A stretch of DNA of 64,000 nt from Polyangia bacterium. GTDB lineage: Bacteria; Myxococcota_A; Polyangia; Palsa-1104; JAEUJZ01. The notes beneath the pieces were generated by a model, which worked only from the letters and a program-made list of their open reading frames with translations, made no database searches and had not been told where the DNA came from. Within the stretch, counting starts at the first letter, position 1. Each line of letters opens with the position of its first letter. The position numbers and the translations under genes were made by a program. Positions 10,305-22,478 of the stretch are shown in pieces. Where the stretch lies: assembly GCA_044222245.1 (NCBI GenBank), contig JBGANQ010000002.1:103667-167666 (forward strand), written 5' to 3'.

Positions 10305-11537
10305 ATGAAGCAGGACCTGCGCGACCTCGGCTATGACGAGACCATTTCTTTAGCGCTGCGCCTCGGCGAGCGGCGGTTTCGCGGCGAGCAGCTTTTCCGC
10401 TGGGTGCACGCCCGCCTGTGCGAGGACGTCGCCGAGATGACCGATGTCAGCCGGGCGCTGCGCGCGCGCCTGGTCGATGAGGTGGCGATCGGCCGCCTGA
10501 CGATCGAGCTCGCCCAGGTCTCGGTCGACGGCACGCGCAAGCTGCGGCTGCGCACCGCCGACAACCGCGTCATGGAGAGCGTGCTCATCCCCGATGCCGA
10601 CGCCCGCAGCGGGCAGAGCGAGCCCGCCGGCCCGCCCCCCGCGCTGGCCGCCGCCGAGCCGGCAGACGAGGACGACGGCGAGGACGAGGACGGGGCGGGC
10701 GCCGAGCGCAAAAAGCTCACCCAGTGCATCTCTTCGCAGATCGGCTGCGCCATCGACTGTGACTTCTGCGCCACCGCCAAGCTCGGCTTTGGTCGCCACC
10801 TGTCGGTCAGCGAGATCGTCAGCCAGGTCTACCAGGCCGAGCGCCTGCTGCAAGGGCTGCCCGCCGACGATCCGACGCGGCGCGCCGGCGGCGATCGGGT
10901 GACCAACCTGGTTTTTATGGGCATGGGCGAGCCGCTGCACAACTATGACAACGTGCTGCGCGCCATCCGCGTGCTCCTGCACCCGCTCGGGCGCAACTTC
11001 TCGCGGCGGCGCATCACGGTGTCGACCTCGGGGCTGGTGCCGGCCATCGATCGCCTGGCGGGGGAGGGGGTGCCGGTCAACCTGGCGGTGTCGCTGAACG
11101 CCTCGTGCGACGAGCAGCGCGATCGCATCATGCCGATCAACAAAAAATACCCCCTGGCCGAGCTGCTCGCCGCCCTGCGCCGCTTCCCGCTGGAGCGCCG
11201 CCAGCGCATCACCTTCGAGTACGTGCTCTTGCGCGGGGTCAACGACTCGCTGCAGGACGCCCGCCGCCTGCCCGAGCTGCTGCGCGGCATCCCCTGCAAG
11301 CTGAACGTCATCCCGTGGAACCCGCACCCGCACAGCCCCTACCAGCGGCCCGAGCTGCAGCGCGTCCTGGCGTTTCAGGCCGAGGCGATGCGCCAGGGCT
11401 TCTCGGTCTACATCCGCAAGACCCGCGGCGTCGACATCGATGCCGCCTGCGGCCAGCTCGCCGCCGAGAACGACCCGCGCGCCGGCCAGGCCCGCAAGCT
11501 GCGCAGCCTGCCGGTCCTTACGGGGCCGACGGCTTAG
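10305..11537 (+). CDS. rlmN: 23S rRNA/tRNA (adenine-C2)-methyltransferase RlmN, radical SAM
   Basis: FRGEQLFRWV, radical-SAM CAIDCDFCAT, GMGEPLHNYDNV, and NVIPWNPHP..IRKTRGVDIDAACGQL. It carries an acidic ~45-aa insertion (PADEDDGEDEDG). The start ATG 10305 lies 8 nt after TGCTAGACT. Confidence 0.9.
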   Translation: MKQDLRDLGYDETISLALRLGERRFRGEQLFRWVHARLCEDVAEMTDVSRALRARLVDEVAIGRLTIELAQVSVDGTRKLRLRTADNRVMESVLIPDADARSGQSEPAGPPPALAAAEPADEDDGEDEDGAGAERKKLTQCISSQIGCAIDCDFCATAKLGFGRHLSVSEIVSQVYQAERLLQGLPADDPTRRAGGDRVTNLVFMGMGEPLHNYDNVLRAIRVLLHPLGRNFSRRRITVSTSGLVPAIDRLAGEGVPVNLAVSLNASCDEQRDRIMPINKKYPLAELLAALRRFPLERRQRITFEYVLLRGVNDSLQDARRLPELLRGIPCKLNVIPWNPHPHSPYQRPELQRVLAFQAEAMRQGFSVYIRKTRGVDIDAACGQLAAENDPRAGQARKLRSLPVLTGPTA

Positions 11538-11651
11538 CAGGCTGAGGCAAGACTCCCGCGCGACCTGAGCTCGGGTCCGGCCGTGCGCACCGCCAAGAGG
11601 CTCCGCGCGCCCAAGCCTGGGCCGCTTGCTACCTTATACCTCAGCCTGCTA
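11535..11651. repeat. 13-bp perfect inverted repeat (TAGCAGGCTGAGG / CCTCAGCCTGCTA) separated by 91 nt
   Basis: Arms at 11535-11547 (includes the rlmN stop TAG) and 11639-11651, read directly from the sequence. Confidence 0.8.
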
Positions 11652-11686
11652 GGCGCGGGCGCGGGAGCTGGTAATTTTGGGAGTCG

Positions 11687-13087
11687 CTAGAGGCTGAAGG
11701 TGCTGCGCTTGATGAACTGGCCGCGGCCGCTCTTGCCGACGAACTGGTTGCCCTGGACGATCAGCTCGCCGCGCGAGAAGACGTAGGCCGGGGCGCCGGT
11801 AACGGTCTTTTCCGGGTAGGCGGCGTAGTCGACGCGCATGTGCAGGTTGGCGGCCGACAGGGTGAAGCGCTGCTTGGGGTCCCAGACCACCAGGTCGGCA
11901 TCGGCGCCGATGGCGAGCGAGCCCTTGCGCGGGTACAGGCCGAAGATCTTGGCCGGCGCGGTGCTGGTGATCTCGACGAAGCGGTTGAGCGACAGCTTGC
12001 CCTCGTTGACCGCCTCGTGCAGAAGGTGCAGGCGGGTCTCGATGCCGGGCATGCCGTTGGGGATCTTGGCGAAGCTGTGGCGGCCGAGCTCTTTCTGATC
12101 CTTCATGCAGAAGGGGCAGTGGTCGGTGGACACCACCTGCAGGTCATAGTTGCGCAGGCCGCGCCACAGGTGGGGCTGGAAGCTCTTGGGACGCAGCGGC
12201 GGGGTGCACACGTACTTGGCCCCGGCGAACTCGTCCTCGGGGGTGCCGCGCAGCGCGTCCTCGTCGAGGAACAGGTACTGCGGGCAGGTCTCGGCGTAGG
12301 CGGGCAGGCCGCGGTCGCGCGCCTCCATGACCCGCTCCAGGGCGCGCTGGGCCGACAGGTGGACGATGTAGACCGGCACCTTGGCCATCTCGGCCAGGGC
12401 CAGGGCGCGCTCGGTGCCGGTGGCCTCGGCGACCTCGGGCCGGGTGAGCGCGTGGTAGATCGGCGCGGTGTGGCCCTGGGAGAGGGCGCGCTCGACCAGT
12501 ACGTCGATCGGCTGCCCGGTCTCGGCGTGCATGCAGATGAGGGCGCCGATCTCCCCGGCCCGCAGCATGCAGCGGAAGATCGACTGATCGTCGAGCATGA
12601 GCACCCCGGGGTAGGCCATGAACAGCTTGAAGCTGGTCACGCCCTCGCGGCACAGCTCGCCCATCTCCTTGAGGGCGGCCGGCGGCGCGTCGGTGGTGAT
12701 CATGTGGAAGCCGTAGTCGATGCACGCCTTGCCCTCGGCTTTTTCGTGCCAGGTGTCCAGCGCCTGGCGCAGGGTGCCGCCTTTTTGCTGGATTGCGAAG
12801 TCGATGATCGTCGTGGTGCCGCCGTGGGCAGCGGCGCGCGTGCCGGTCAGGAAATCGTCGCTCGAGGTGGTGCCGCCAAAGGGCATGTCGAGGTGGGTGT
12901 GGGCGTCGATGCCGCCGGGAAACACGTAGTGGCCGGTGGCGTCGAGCTCGCGCACCTCGCCGGGGGGCCGCAGGGCGCGCTCGCTGGCGTCGCTGATGCG
13001 GACGATCCGCGAGCCTTCGATCCACAGATCGGCGACGAACGTGTCGGAAGCGGTGACCAGCGTGCCGTTTTTTATCAGGGTGACCAT
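11687..13087 (-). CDS. Dihydropyrimidinase / D-hydantoinase (cyclic amidohydrolase)
   Basis: MVTLIKNGTLV.., GGIDAHTHLDMPFGGT, TSFKLFMAY, VHLS and STDHCPF motifs. 466 aa. Confidence 0.9.
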   Translation of the reverse strand: MVTLIKNGTLVTASDTFVADLWIEGSRIVRISDASERALRPPGEVRELDATGHYVFPGGIDAHTHLDMPFGGTTSSDDFLTGTRAAAHGGTTTIIDFAIQQKGGTLRQALDTWHEKAEGKACIDYGFHMITTDAPPAALKEMGELCREGVTSFKLFMAYPGVLMLDDQSIFRCMLRAGEIGALICMHAETGQPIDVLVERALSQGHTAPIYHALTRPEVAEATGTERALALAEMAKVPVYIVHLSAQRALERVMEARDRGLPAYAETCPQYLFLDEDALRGTPEDEFAGAKYVCTPPLRPKSFQPHLWRGLRNYDLQVVSTDHCPFCMKDQKELGRHSFAKIPNGMPGIETRLHLLHEAVNEGKLSLNRFVEITSTAPAKIFGLYPRKGSLAIGADADLVVWDPKQRFTLSAANLHMRVDYAAYPEKTVTGAPAYVFSRGELIVQGNQFVGKSGRGQFIKRSTFSL

Positions 13088-13175
13088 GAGCGCCTCGCGT
13101 GCCTCGTCTGGGCGCCACGCTAGCGCATGCGGGCGGCGCGAAAAAGCCAGAAGTTGCGCGCTGCCGGCGGACGGC

Positions 13176-13766
13176 TCAGGGCTTGTCGCGCAGCGCTTCG
13201 AGGCGCTGGTACAGCGGGCGGCTGTGCTTGCCGGGGGACTGGCCGCTCTCGTCGGGGCAGCTGCCGCCGGGGACGCCCATCGCCTTGGGGCACAGGCCGT
13301 AGAGCTCGAGCTTGTGGTTCATGATCTTGAAGCCGCCGAGCTTCTCCGCCACGCTGTCCTGCAGCTCCTCGATCTCGTGGTTCTCGAACTCGAGGATCAG
13401 GCCGCACTTCATGCAGATCAGGTGGTCGTGGTGCGGCGCCTGCGAGCCGGCCACCTCGTAGCGCGTCTGGCCGTCGCCGAACTGGCGCGTGGCGGCGAGC
13501 CCGGCGTCGGTAAGCAGCTTCATCGTGCGGTACACGGTGGCGTAGCCGACCTTGGCGCTGCGGGCGCGCACCTCGCCGAGCAGCTCTTCGATCGAGACGT
13601 GGTCGCTGCAGTTCAGGAACACCTCGACAATCAGCTCGCGCTGGGCCGTGGTCTTCAGGCCGCGCCGCCGCTGAAACTCTGACCACTGCTGCTTGAGCTG
13701 GGCCTTCTGGTCGGGAGAACGAGCAGGCTCCTGGCGCTCACGTTTCGTCGGGGGATTTTCCGCCAT
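13176..13766 (-). CDS. Fur-family metalloregulator with N- and C-terminal extensions
   Basis: [44 protein letters not shown]. The exact start is uncertain. Confidence 0.8.
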   Translation of the reverse strand: MAENPPTKRERQEPARSPDQKAQLKQQWSEFQRRRGLKTTAQRELIVEVFLNCSDHVSIEELLGEVRARSAKVGYATVYRTMKLLTDAGLAATRQFGDGQTRYEVAGSQAPHHDHLICMKCGLILEFENHEIEELQDSVAEKLGGFKIMNHKLELYGLCPKAMGVPGGSCPDESGQSPGKHSRPLYQRLEALRDKP

Positions 13767-13828
13767 TTAGAAGTCTTCCAGTATCAACGCAGCAAGCGCC
13801 GACCCTGTCAAGCGGCGGCACCGCGGGG

Positions 13829-16330
<2,502 letters not shown>

Positions 16331-16428
16331 GGCGAGCAGCCTACCGCATCTGCGGCTGCGCGCGCGTCCGGTCCTCGGGGTCCGGCGAGTCGTTGCGAAA
16401 AGCGGGTCCGCGGCTAGGATGAAGCTCT

Positions 16429-17160
16429 GTGGCGCGACGTACGGGTCCGTGGCTTGGCGACTGGCGGTGCCGATGGGCGCTGGCGCTGGGGCTTGCCCTG
16501 GGCCTGGGCGCGGTCAGCGGGCCGGCGCGCGCCGACCTGTGGAGCTACGAGCGCGACGGCACCGTGATGTTCACCAACATCCCGCCCAGCGGTGACAAGG
16601 CCCACAAGTGGCAGGTCGTCTTCAAGGCGGGACCGGGCAAGGCGCAGGGCGTCTCGGGCACCGGCCCGGCGGGCTGCCGCGCCTCGCGCGCCGACGTGGT
16701 CCCCGCCCGCGACCAGAGCCCCGAGCGCTTCCACCGCTACGACCGCTACATCCGCGAGGCGGCCGCCGTCTACGGGCTGCCCGAGGCGTTCATCCGCTCG
16801 ATCATCAAGGTCGAGTCCGACTTCGACCCCCAGGTGGTGAGCTGCGCCGGGGCGCGCGGCCTGATGCAGATCATGCCCGAGGTCCAGGAGGAGCAGCGGA
16901 TCACCGACGTGTTCGACCCGCGCCGCAACATCCTTGGCGGGACGCGCCTTCTGCGCCTGCTGGCCAACCGCTTCCACGGCGATCTGGTGCTGACCATCGC
17001 TGGCTTCCACGCCGGGCCGGGCGCGGTGCTCAAGTACGACGGCGTGCCGCCCTACGAGACGACCCAGCTCTACATCCGGCTGGTCCTCAAGCAGTACCTC
17101 AGCCTGCAGGGCCCGGGGCCGGCGCTCACCGCGGTCCCGCCCGCCGGGGGCAGCCCGTGA
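16429..17160 (+). CDS. Secreted lytic transglycosylase (SLT domain)
   Basis: Signal peptide, then AAVYGLPEAFIRSIIKVESDFDPQVVSCAGARGLMQIMP and YDGVPPYETTQLY. Confidence 0.85.
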   Translation: MARRTGPWLGDWRCRWALALGLALGLGAVSGPARADLWSYERDGTVMFTNIPPSGDKAHKWQVVFKAGPGKAQGVSGTGPAGCRASRADVVPARDQSPERFHRYDRYIREAAAVYGLPEAFIRSIIKVESDFDPQVVSCAGARGLMQIMPEVQEEQRITDVFDPRRNILGGTRLLRLLANRFHGDLVLTIAGFHAGPGAVLKYDGVPPYETTQLYIRLVLKQYLSLQGPGPALTAVPPAGGSP

Positions 17161-18392
17161 GCGCGCTTTTGCGGCTGTTCTCGCCCGCCTACCGGCATGC
17201 CCTCAAGGCCGAGGCGGAGGGGCGCTATATCGAGGCGGCGCGCGCCTTCGCCCTGTGCGGGCAGCGCCGCAAGGTCGCCGAGATGCACCTGTTGGAGGCG
17301 GAGAAGCGCGGCACGGCGGCCAGCGCCCTGCGCGAGCTGCAGGTCGCGGCGCACTTTCTGGGCGCGGATGAGCACGCGGATCAAGAGCTGCTGCGGCGCG
17401 TCGGACACGCCTACCTGCGCTCGCTGCAAAAGGGCGTGCTGTCGGCCGCCGACCGCGAGCTGTGCCACGAGGCGGCAGAGCTCCTTTTGCGCAGCGGCGA
17501 TGCCAAGGCGGCGGCGGCGGCCTACGAGCTCGGCGGCGACAGCGAGCGCGCGGCGACGATGTACCAGCAGGCCGGCGAGGTCGAGAAGGTCGAGGCGCTG
17601 CTCGGCGCCCAGGAGCAGCAGCGCCGCCGCGCCCACGCCGAGCGCGAGCACTTCGAGGCCTACCGCACCCACCTGGAGCTCGGGCAGCGCGATGAGGCGC
17701 TGGCGGCGCTCAAGGCCTGTCTGGCGAGCGTCGCCATCGCCGACCGCGCCGAGCCGCTGCGCCTTTACGAGGAGCTCAAGGCGCATCTTCTGACCTCCGG
17801 GGTGGTGCGGCTGCGCAGCACCGCGGCGCTCGGTGCCGGGCAGGCGGGCGCCGAGTCGGCGGACGGCGCAGCGCGGGTGCAGGTCTTTGCCGGCGCGCTG
17901 CCGCTGCGCATCGGCCGCGAGCCGGGCTGCGCGCTGCCGCTGCGCGATCCCGGGGTCTCGCGCGAGCACGCGCAGCTCGAGCTCACAGGCGATGGCAGCT
18001 TCGCCCTGCGCGAGCTTCTGGCCAAGAACGGCACCCTGCTCGGCGGGCTGCCGCTGCACCCGGGCAGCTGCCTGCCGCTGCGCGACCGCGGTGAGATCGG
18101 CATCGGCCAGCATGTGACGCTGCGCTTCCAGGTGGTCGAGCAGGAGCTGCAGCTGGAGCTGCTGCGGGGCCTTGAGCGCGGGCTGCGGCTCCACGTCGCG
18201 CCGCGGCCGCTGGCCCTGGTGCTGGACGGTGGGCAGCGGCTGGCCGAGCTGCACTTCGTCAAGGGGCGACCGCTCTTGCGGGTGCTTGCGGGGGCGCCGT
18301 GGACCCTCAATGGGCGCCGGGTGCCGCCGCAGGTGCAGCTTGTGCGCGGGGATCTTATCGAGCTGGCCGGGCAGCGCATCGAGGTGCTGTGA
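17157..18392 (+). CDS. FHA-domain protein with a helical (TPR-like) N-terminal region
   Basis: In-frame part of track ORF 16608..18392 starting at GTG 17157 (GTGA overlap with the SLT stop). The FHA core reads LRIGREPGCALPLRDPGVSREHAQLEL..NGTLLGG. Confidence 0.75.
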   Translation: MSALLRLFSPAYRHALKAEAEGRYIEAARAFALCGQRRKVAEMHLLEAEKRGTAASALRELQVAAHFLGADEHADQELLRRVGHAYLRSLQKGVLSAADRELCHEAAELLLRSGDAKAAAAAYELGGDSERAATMYQQAGEVEKVEALLGAQEQQRRRAHAEREHFEAYRTHLELGQRDEALAALKACLASVAIADRAEPLRLYEELKAHLLTSGVVRLRSTAALGAGQAGAESADGAARVQVFAGALPLRIGREPGCALPLRDPGVSREHAQLELTGDGSFALRELLAKNGTLLGGLPLHPGSCLPLRDRGEIGIGQHVTLRFQVVEQELQLELLRGLERGLRLHVAPRPLALVLDGGQRLAELHFVKGRPLLRVLAGAPWTLNGRRVPPQVQLVRGDLIELAGQRIEVL

Positions 18393-20026
18393 GCTCGCTG
18401 TGGCAGCGGCTGCGCCGCGCCCTGGGTTCCGGGCCCGCCAGCGACCGCCAGTCCGGCGCTCGCGCCCCGCTGCCGCCCGCTGCCGGTGACCTCGGCGAGG
18501 GGGGGCGTGACAGCCGGACCACCGCGCCCAGCCGCTGGGCCGGCCGCGCCGCCAGCCCGAGTGTCGCCCGCGGGGCGCCGGCCGCCGACCTGCCGGCCGC
18601 CGGCGAAGAAGAGGCGCAGCAGATCTATACCTACGTCCGCCGCATCGGACCCCTGGATGAGCGTCCCGAGCGCTGCGCGCCCGAGATCCTCGCCGCGCTG
18701 CGCCGCCTGTGGCAGGCCGGGCGGGAGGCCCAGGCGGTGAGCCTGGGCGGCGCCCTGGCCTCGGCCTTGCCGCACGATGCCGCGGTGCAGCTTGGCGTCG
18801 CCGAGCTCCTGTGCATGCAGCGCGACTATGGCAGCGCCGAGCCGCTCCTGCAGCGCGCCTTGGCCGCGGCCGAGCACGCGAGCCGGCTGCGCGCCCGCTT
18901 CCTGCTCCACGAGGTGGCGCTGGCCGCGGATCAGGCGGAGCTGGCGCTGACCCACCTGACGCACCTTCTGGCCGAAGATTTCGCCTATCCGGGGCGCGGG
19001 CGCGGCTTGCGGCGGTTCAGGGCGCGCTGCCGGCCGCTCGCGGGCGAGGCCGGACTGGACGCGGCGCCGACCGCTGCCCTGCCGGCCGTGCCCGCGGGGC
19101 CGGACGGCGGCCTGGCGGTGCCGGCCGCTCCGACTTTGCTCGGGCTGCCGAGCGGCGGGACGGCGCGCTACCAGCTGCTGCGCGAGCTCGGCTGCGGCAG
19201 CGCCGGGACCGTCTACCTGGCGCGCGACACCGAGCTGCAGTGCGAGCTGGCGCTCAAGGTGTTCCACCCGCGGCGGCGGGACGGCGGCGGCGATGAGGCG
19301 CTGTTGCGGGCCCTGCACGAGGCCCGCCTGCTGGCCGCGGTGCGCCACCCGGGCGTCATCGCGCTCTACGACCTCGCCGGCGAGCTGCCGGGCGAGTCGG
19401 ACGGACCGGGCAGCGGACCGCCGCGCCTGGCCATGGAGCTGTGCCGCGGCGGCTCGCTGCGCGCCCGGCTGCGCCAGGGACCGCTGCCGGTCGCGGCGGC
19501 GCTGCAGCGGACCGCCGAGCTGCTGGAGACCCTGGCGGCGGTCCACGGCAGCGGGATCGCCCACGGCGATCTCAAGCCGGAGAACCTGCTGTTCCGCGGC
19601 CCGGAGATGCACCGCGGCGACCTGTCGCCCGCCGAGGCGCAGCTGGGGGATCTGGTGCTGAGTGACTTTGGCCTCTCGCGGCTCGGCGAGCCGGCAGAGC
19701 CGACGGGGTTCCTGGGCACCCCCGGCTACGCCGCGCCCGAGCAGCTCGGCGGCGCGCCGGCCACCGCGGCCAGTGACGTCTACGCGGTCGCGGTGGTGCT
19801 GCTCGAGATGCTGCTCGGCGAGCCCTCGCTGCGGCGCGCCGACGCGCTCAGCGGGTCGCCGCCGCAGGTCCCGGCGGCGCGCTGGGAGGCGCTCGCCAGC
19901 GCCGGTGCCCCCGCGGGACTTGCCGACTTTGTGACCGGCCTGCTGGCAGGCGAGCCTGCCGCGCGGCCGACGGCGGCAGCGGCCCTGGCGCAGCTCCAGC
20001 GGCTGCGCGCGGGCGGCGATGTCTAG
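18389..20026 (+). CDS. Ser/Thr protein kinase with a long non-kinase N-terminal region
   Basis: GTG 18389 forms a GTGA overlap with the FHA gene stop. Kinase core reads LGCGSAGTVYLA..LALKV..HGDLKPENLL..SDFGLS..GTPGYAAPEQ. Confidence 0.85.
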   Translation: MSSLWQRLRRALGSGPASDRQSGARAPLPPAAGDLGEGGRDSRTTAPSRWAGRAASPSVARGAPAADLPAAGEEEAQQIYTYVRRIGPLDERPERCAPEILAALRRLWQAGREAQAVSLGGALASALPHDAAVQLGVAELLCMQRDYGSAEPLLQRALAAAEHASRLRARFLLHEVALAADQAELALTHLTHLLAEDFAYPGRGRGLRRFRARCRPLAGEAGLDAAPTAALPAVPAGPDGGLAVPAAPTLLGLPSGGTARYQLLRELGCGSAGTVYLARDTELQCELALKVFHPRRRDGGGDEALLRALHEARLLAAVRHPGVIALYDLAGELPGESDGPGSGPPRLAMELCRGGSLRARLRQGPLPVAAALQRTAELLETLAAVHGSGIAHGDLKPENLLFRGPEMHRGDLSPAEAQLGDLVLSDFGLSRLGEPAEPTGFLGTPGYAAPEQLGGAPATAASDVYAVAVVLLEMLLGEPSLRRADALSGSPPQVPAARWEALASAGAPAGLADFVTGLLAGEPAARPTAAAALAQLQRLRAGGDV

Positions 20027-20726
20027 CCGCTTGACCCCGCAAGCTCCGGGGCCAGCGCCGGCCGCCGCGCCGACCGCGACCGGCGGCTTCTTGCACCAGC
20101 TCGAGGTCGGGCTGGTGCAGAACTTCTGTACCCTGATCGGTGACCGGCAGACCGGCGCCTGCGTGGTGTGCGACCCCGCCTTCGAGGTCGACCGCATCCT
20201 CGCCGCGGTCGCCGCGCACGGCCTGCAGGTTACTGCAGTGGTGCTCACCCACAGCCACCTCGATCACATAGAGGGCGTGCCCGAGCTGTGCCGCCGCGTC
20301 GGTCCGCTGCCAGTGTACATGGACCCGGTGCGCGAGCTGTGCGCCGCGGCCGGCGTTCGCCCCGAGCTGGTGCCGCTCGCCGGCGGCGAGGAGCTGCGCT
20401 GCGGCAGCCTACAGCTCTCGGTGCTGGCGACGCCGGGGCACACGCGGGCGGGGCGCTCCTACTATGTACCGGCGCTGGCGGCGGTGCTGACCGGCGACAC
20501 CCTGTTTGTCGGCAGCTGCGGGCGACCGCGCGACCCGGCCGGCGCCGCGCAGCTGTTCGCCAGCCTGCAGCTGCTCGGCGAGCTGCCCGAAGAGACCCGC
20601 CTGTACCCCGGCCATGACTACGGGCCGCGGCCGACCTCGACGATCAGCTGGGAGCAGGAGTTCAACCCCTTTCTCCGCTGCCGGGATGCCGCGGCGTTCG
20701 CCGCCCTGTGCCGCCGTCGGGGCTGA
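20019..20726 (+). CDS. MBL-fold hydrolase (glyoxalase II-like)
   Basis: VVLTHSHLDHIEG, TPGHT and YPGHDYG motifs. The start overlaps the kinase stop (ATGTCTAG). Confidence 0.85.
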   Translation: MSSRLTPQAPGPAPAAAPTATGGFLHQLEVGLVQNFCTLIGDRQTGACVVCDPAFEVDRILAAVAAHGLQVTAVVLTHSHLDHIEGVPELCRRVGPLPVYMDPVRELCAAAGVRPELVPLAGGEELRCGSLQLSVLATPGHTRAGRSYYVPALAAVLTGDTLFVGSCGRPRDPAGAAQLFASLQLLGELPEETRLYPGHDYGPRPTSTISWEQEFNPFLRCRDAAAFAALCRRRG

Positions 20727-20843
20727 CCCGGACCGGCGGCGCCCATCGGCGGCGATTCTGCGTGGGTTTTGCTAGACTCAGGCCGATGGCGCGAGCACGC
20801 TTGCGCTGCAGCTTGTTTCGTTATCAGCAGGCGGAGAACTAAA

Positions 20844-22478
20844 GTGACGACGGCAAAAAGACGCACTGTGTCGATGATTCAGCTCGGCGCGCTGGGAATT
20901 TGCGGCACGCTCGCCGCTGCGGCTTCGAGCCAGCCGGCGGCCCCGAGCGCCCGGGCGGCGGTGGCAGCGGCCGAGGCCCCGGCGACCGCCGAGCTGGTGG
21001 TCGACCTCGACGATCAGATGACCGACGCCGAGATCGACAGCTTCGCGCACCGCTACAAGGCCCACCTCCTCTCGTACTCGCGCTTCTCGCAAAAGGACCA
21101 CCTGTTCCGCCTGCTACCCGAGGCCGAGCGGCAGTCGCCCGGCAGCGCCCAGCAGAGCGCGCTGCTCGCCGCCCTGCGCGCCGACCCGCACGTCGAGGCG
21201 GCCGACTTCACCCTCACCTATCAGATCCCCGAGACCGCGCCCGGCGCCCTCACCCGGCCGAGCGATGAGGCGCTGCCGGTGGCGCTCGCCGGCACCAGCC
21301 GCGTCCAGGACGACGACCAGCGCGGCCGGTTTGTCCCCAACGATCCCAAGTACCGCTACCAGTGGCACCTCGATCAGATCCGCATGCCGCAGGCCTGGAC
21401 CTACACCCGCGGCGAGGGCGTGGTGGTCGCGGTGGTCGACACCGGCGTCACCGCGGTCGAGGACCTGCAGGGCACCGAGCTTGTCCCCGGCTGGAACTTC
21501 GTCGATGACAGCCCCGATGCGCGCGACGATCACGGCCACGGCACTCACGTCGCCGGCACCATCGCCCAGACCACCCACAACGGCGTCGGCGTCGCCGGCG
21601 TCGCCTACCAGGCCAAGATCATGCCGATCAAGGTCCTGTCGGGCTCGGGCTCGGGCAGCGTCAACGGCATCGCCCAGGGCATCCGCTGGGCGGCCAACCA
21701 CGGGGCCCAGGTCATCAATATGAGCCTGGGCGGTCCGTATAACTCGCAGGTGTTGGCGCGGGCGGTGAAGTACGCCCACGACAAGGGCGTGGTGGTGGTC
21801 TGCGCCGCCGGCAACGACGGCCGCGGCAAGGTCAGCTTCCCCGCCGCCAACGACGGCGCGATCGCGGTCGCCGCCACCCAGTACGACGAGGCGACTACCT
21901 TCTACTCGAACTGGGGCAAGGAGATCGCCATCGCCGCCCCCGGCGGCAACACCCGGCTCGACCAGAACAACGACGGGCTGCCCGACGGCGTCCTGCAGAA
22001 CACGGTGACGCCGGGCAACATCGCCAAGCAGGACTACCTGCTGTTCATGGGCACCTCGATGGCGTCGCCGCACATCGCCGGCGTGGCCGCCCTCTTGGTC
22101 AGCCAGGGGGTGCGCAATCCCGAGCAGGTCGCCCAGCTGCTGCAGAAGACGGCGCGGCGGCCGGCGCAGTATCGCGGCAAGCACGACAGCCACTACGGGG
22201 CGGGCATCGTCGATGCGGCGGCGGCGGCAGCGGCGGCGCGCCAGCTGGTCGCGGCGGGCGAGAGCCAGCCGGTGGCGCACGCGCGGCTGCGGCCGCTCGA
22301 TGCCTGCGCCTGCGCCCACGCGCGGCGCCAGGCTGCCGACCAGGCGCGCGGGCTGCTTGGGCTGTACGGGCTCGGGCTGCTCGCGGTGGGCACCCTGGGC
22401 CTTGGACTGGTGGTCCGACGTCGACGGGGAATGGTGGTCACGCCGGCTCTGGACACCGCGCTGAGCGGCCCGCTGTAG
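20844..22478 (+). CDS. Secreted subtilisin-family (S8) serine peptidase with a C-terminal hydrophobic anchor
   Basis: Catalytic triad contexts VAVVDTGV, HGHGTHVAGTI and GTSMASPHIAGVAALL. GTG 20844 is preceded by GGAG and followed by a signal peptide; ATG 20871 is an alternative start. Confidence 0.88.
   Translation: MTTAKRRTVSMIQLGALGICGTLAAAASSQPAAPSARAAVAAAEAPATAELVVDLDDQMTDAEIDSFAHRYKAHLLSYSRFSQKDHLFRLLPEAERQSPGSAQQSALLAALRADPHVEAADFTLTYQIPETAPGALTRPSDEALPVALAGTSRVQDDDQRGRFVPNDPKYRYQWHLDQIRMPQAWTYTRGEGVVVAVVDTGVTAVEDLQGTELVPGWNFVDDSPDARDDHGHGTHVAGTIAQTTHNGVGVAGVAYQAKIMPIKVLSGSGSGSVNGIAQGIRWAANHGAQVINMSLGGPYNSQVLARAVKYAHDKGVVVVCAAGNDGRGKVSFPAANDGAIAVAATQYDEATTFYSNWGKEIAIAAPGGNTRLDQNNDGLPDGVLQNTVTPGNIAKQDYLLFMGTSMASPHIAGVAALLVSQGVRNPEQVAQLLQKTARRPAQYRGKHDSHYGAGIVDAAAAAAAARQLVAAGESQPVAHARLRPLDACACAHARRQAADQARGLLGLYGLGLLAVGTLGLGLVVRRRRGMVVTPALDTALSGPL

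Noticed and set aside
17765-20248. 827-aa minus-strand ORF
   Set aside because: It is antisense to the FHA and kinase genes, which carry clear motifs. Its sequence is Arg/Ala/Pro/Ser low complexity.
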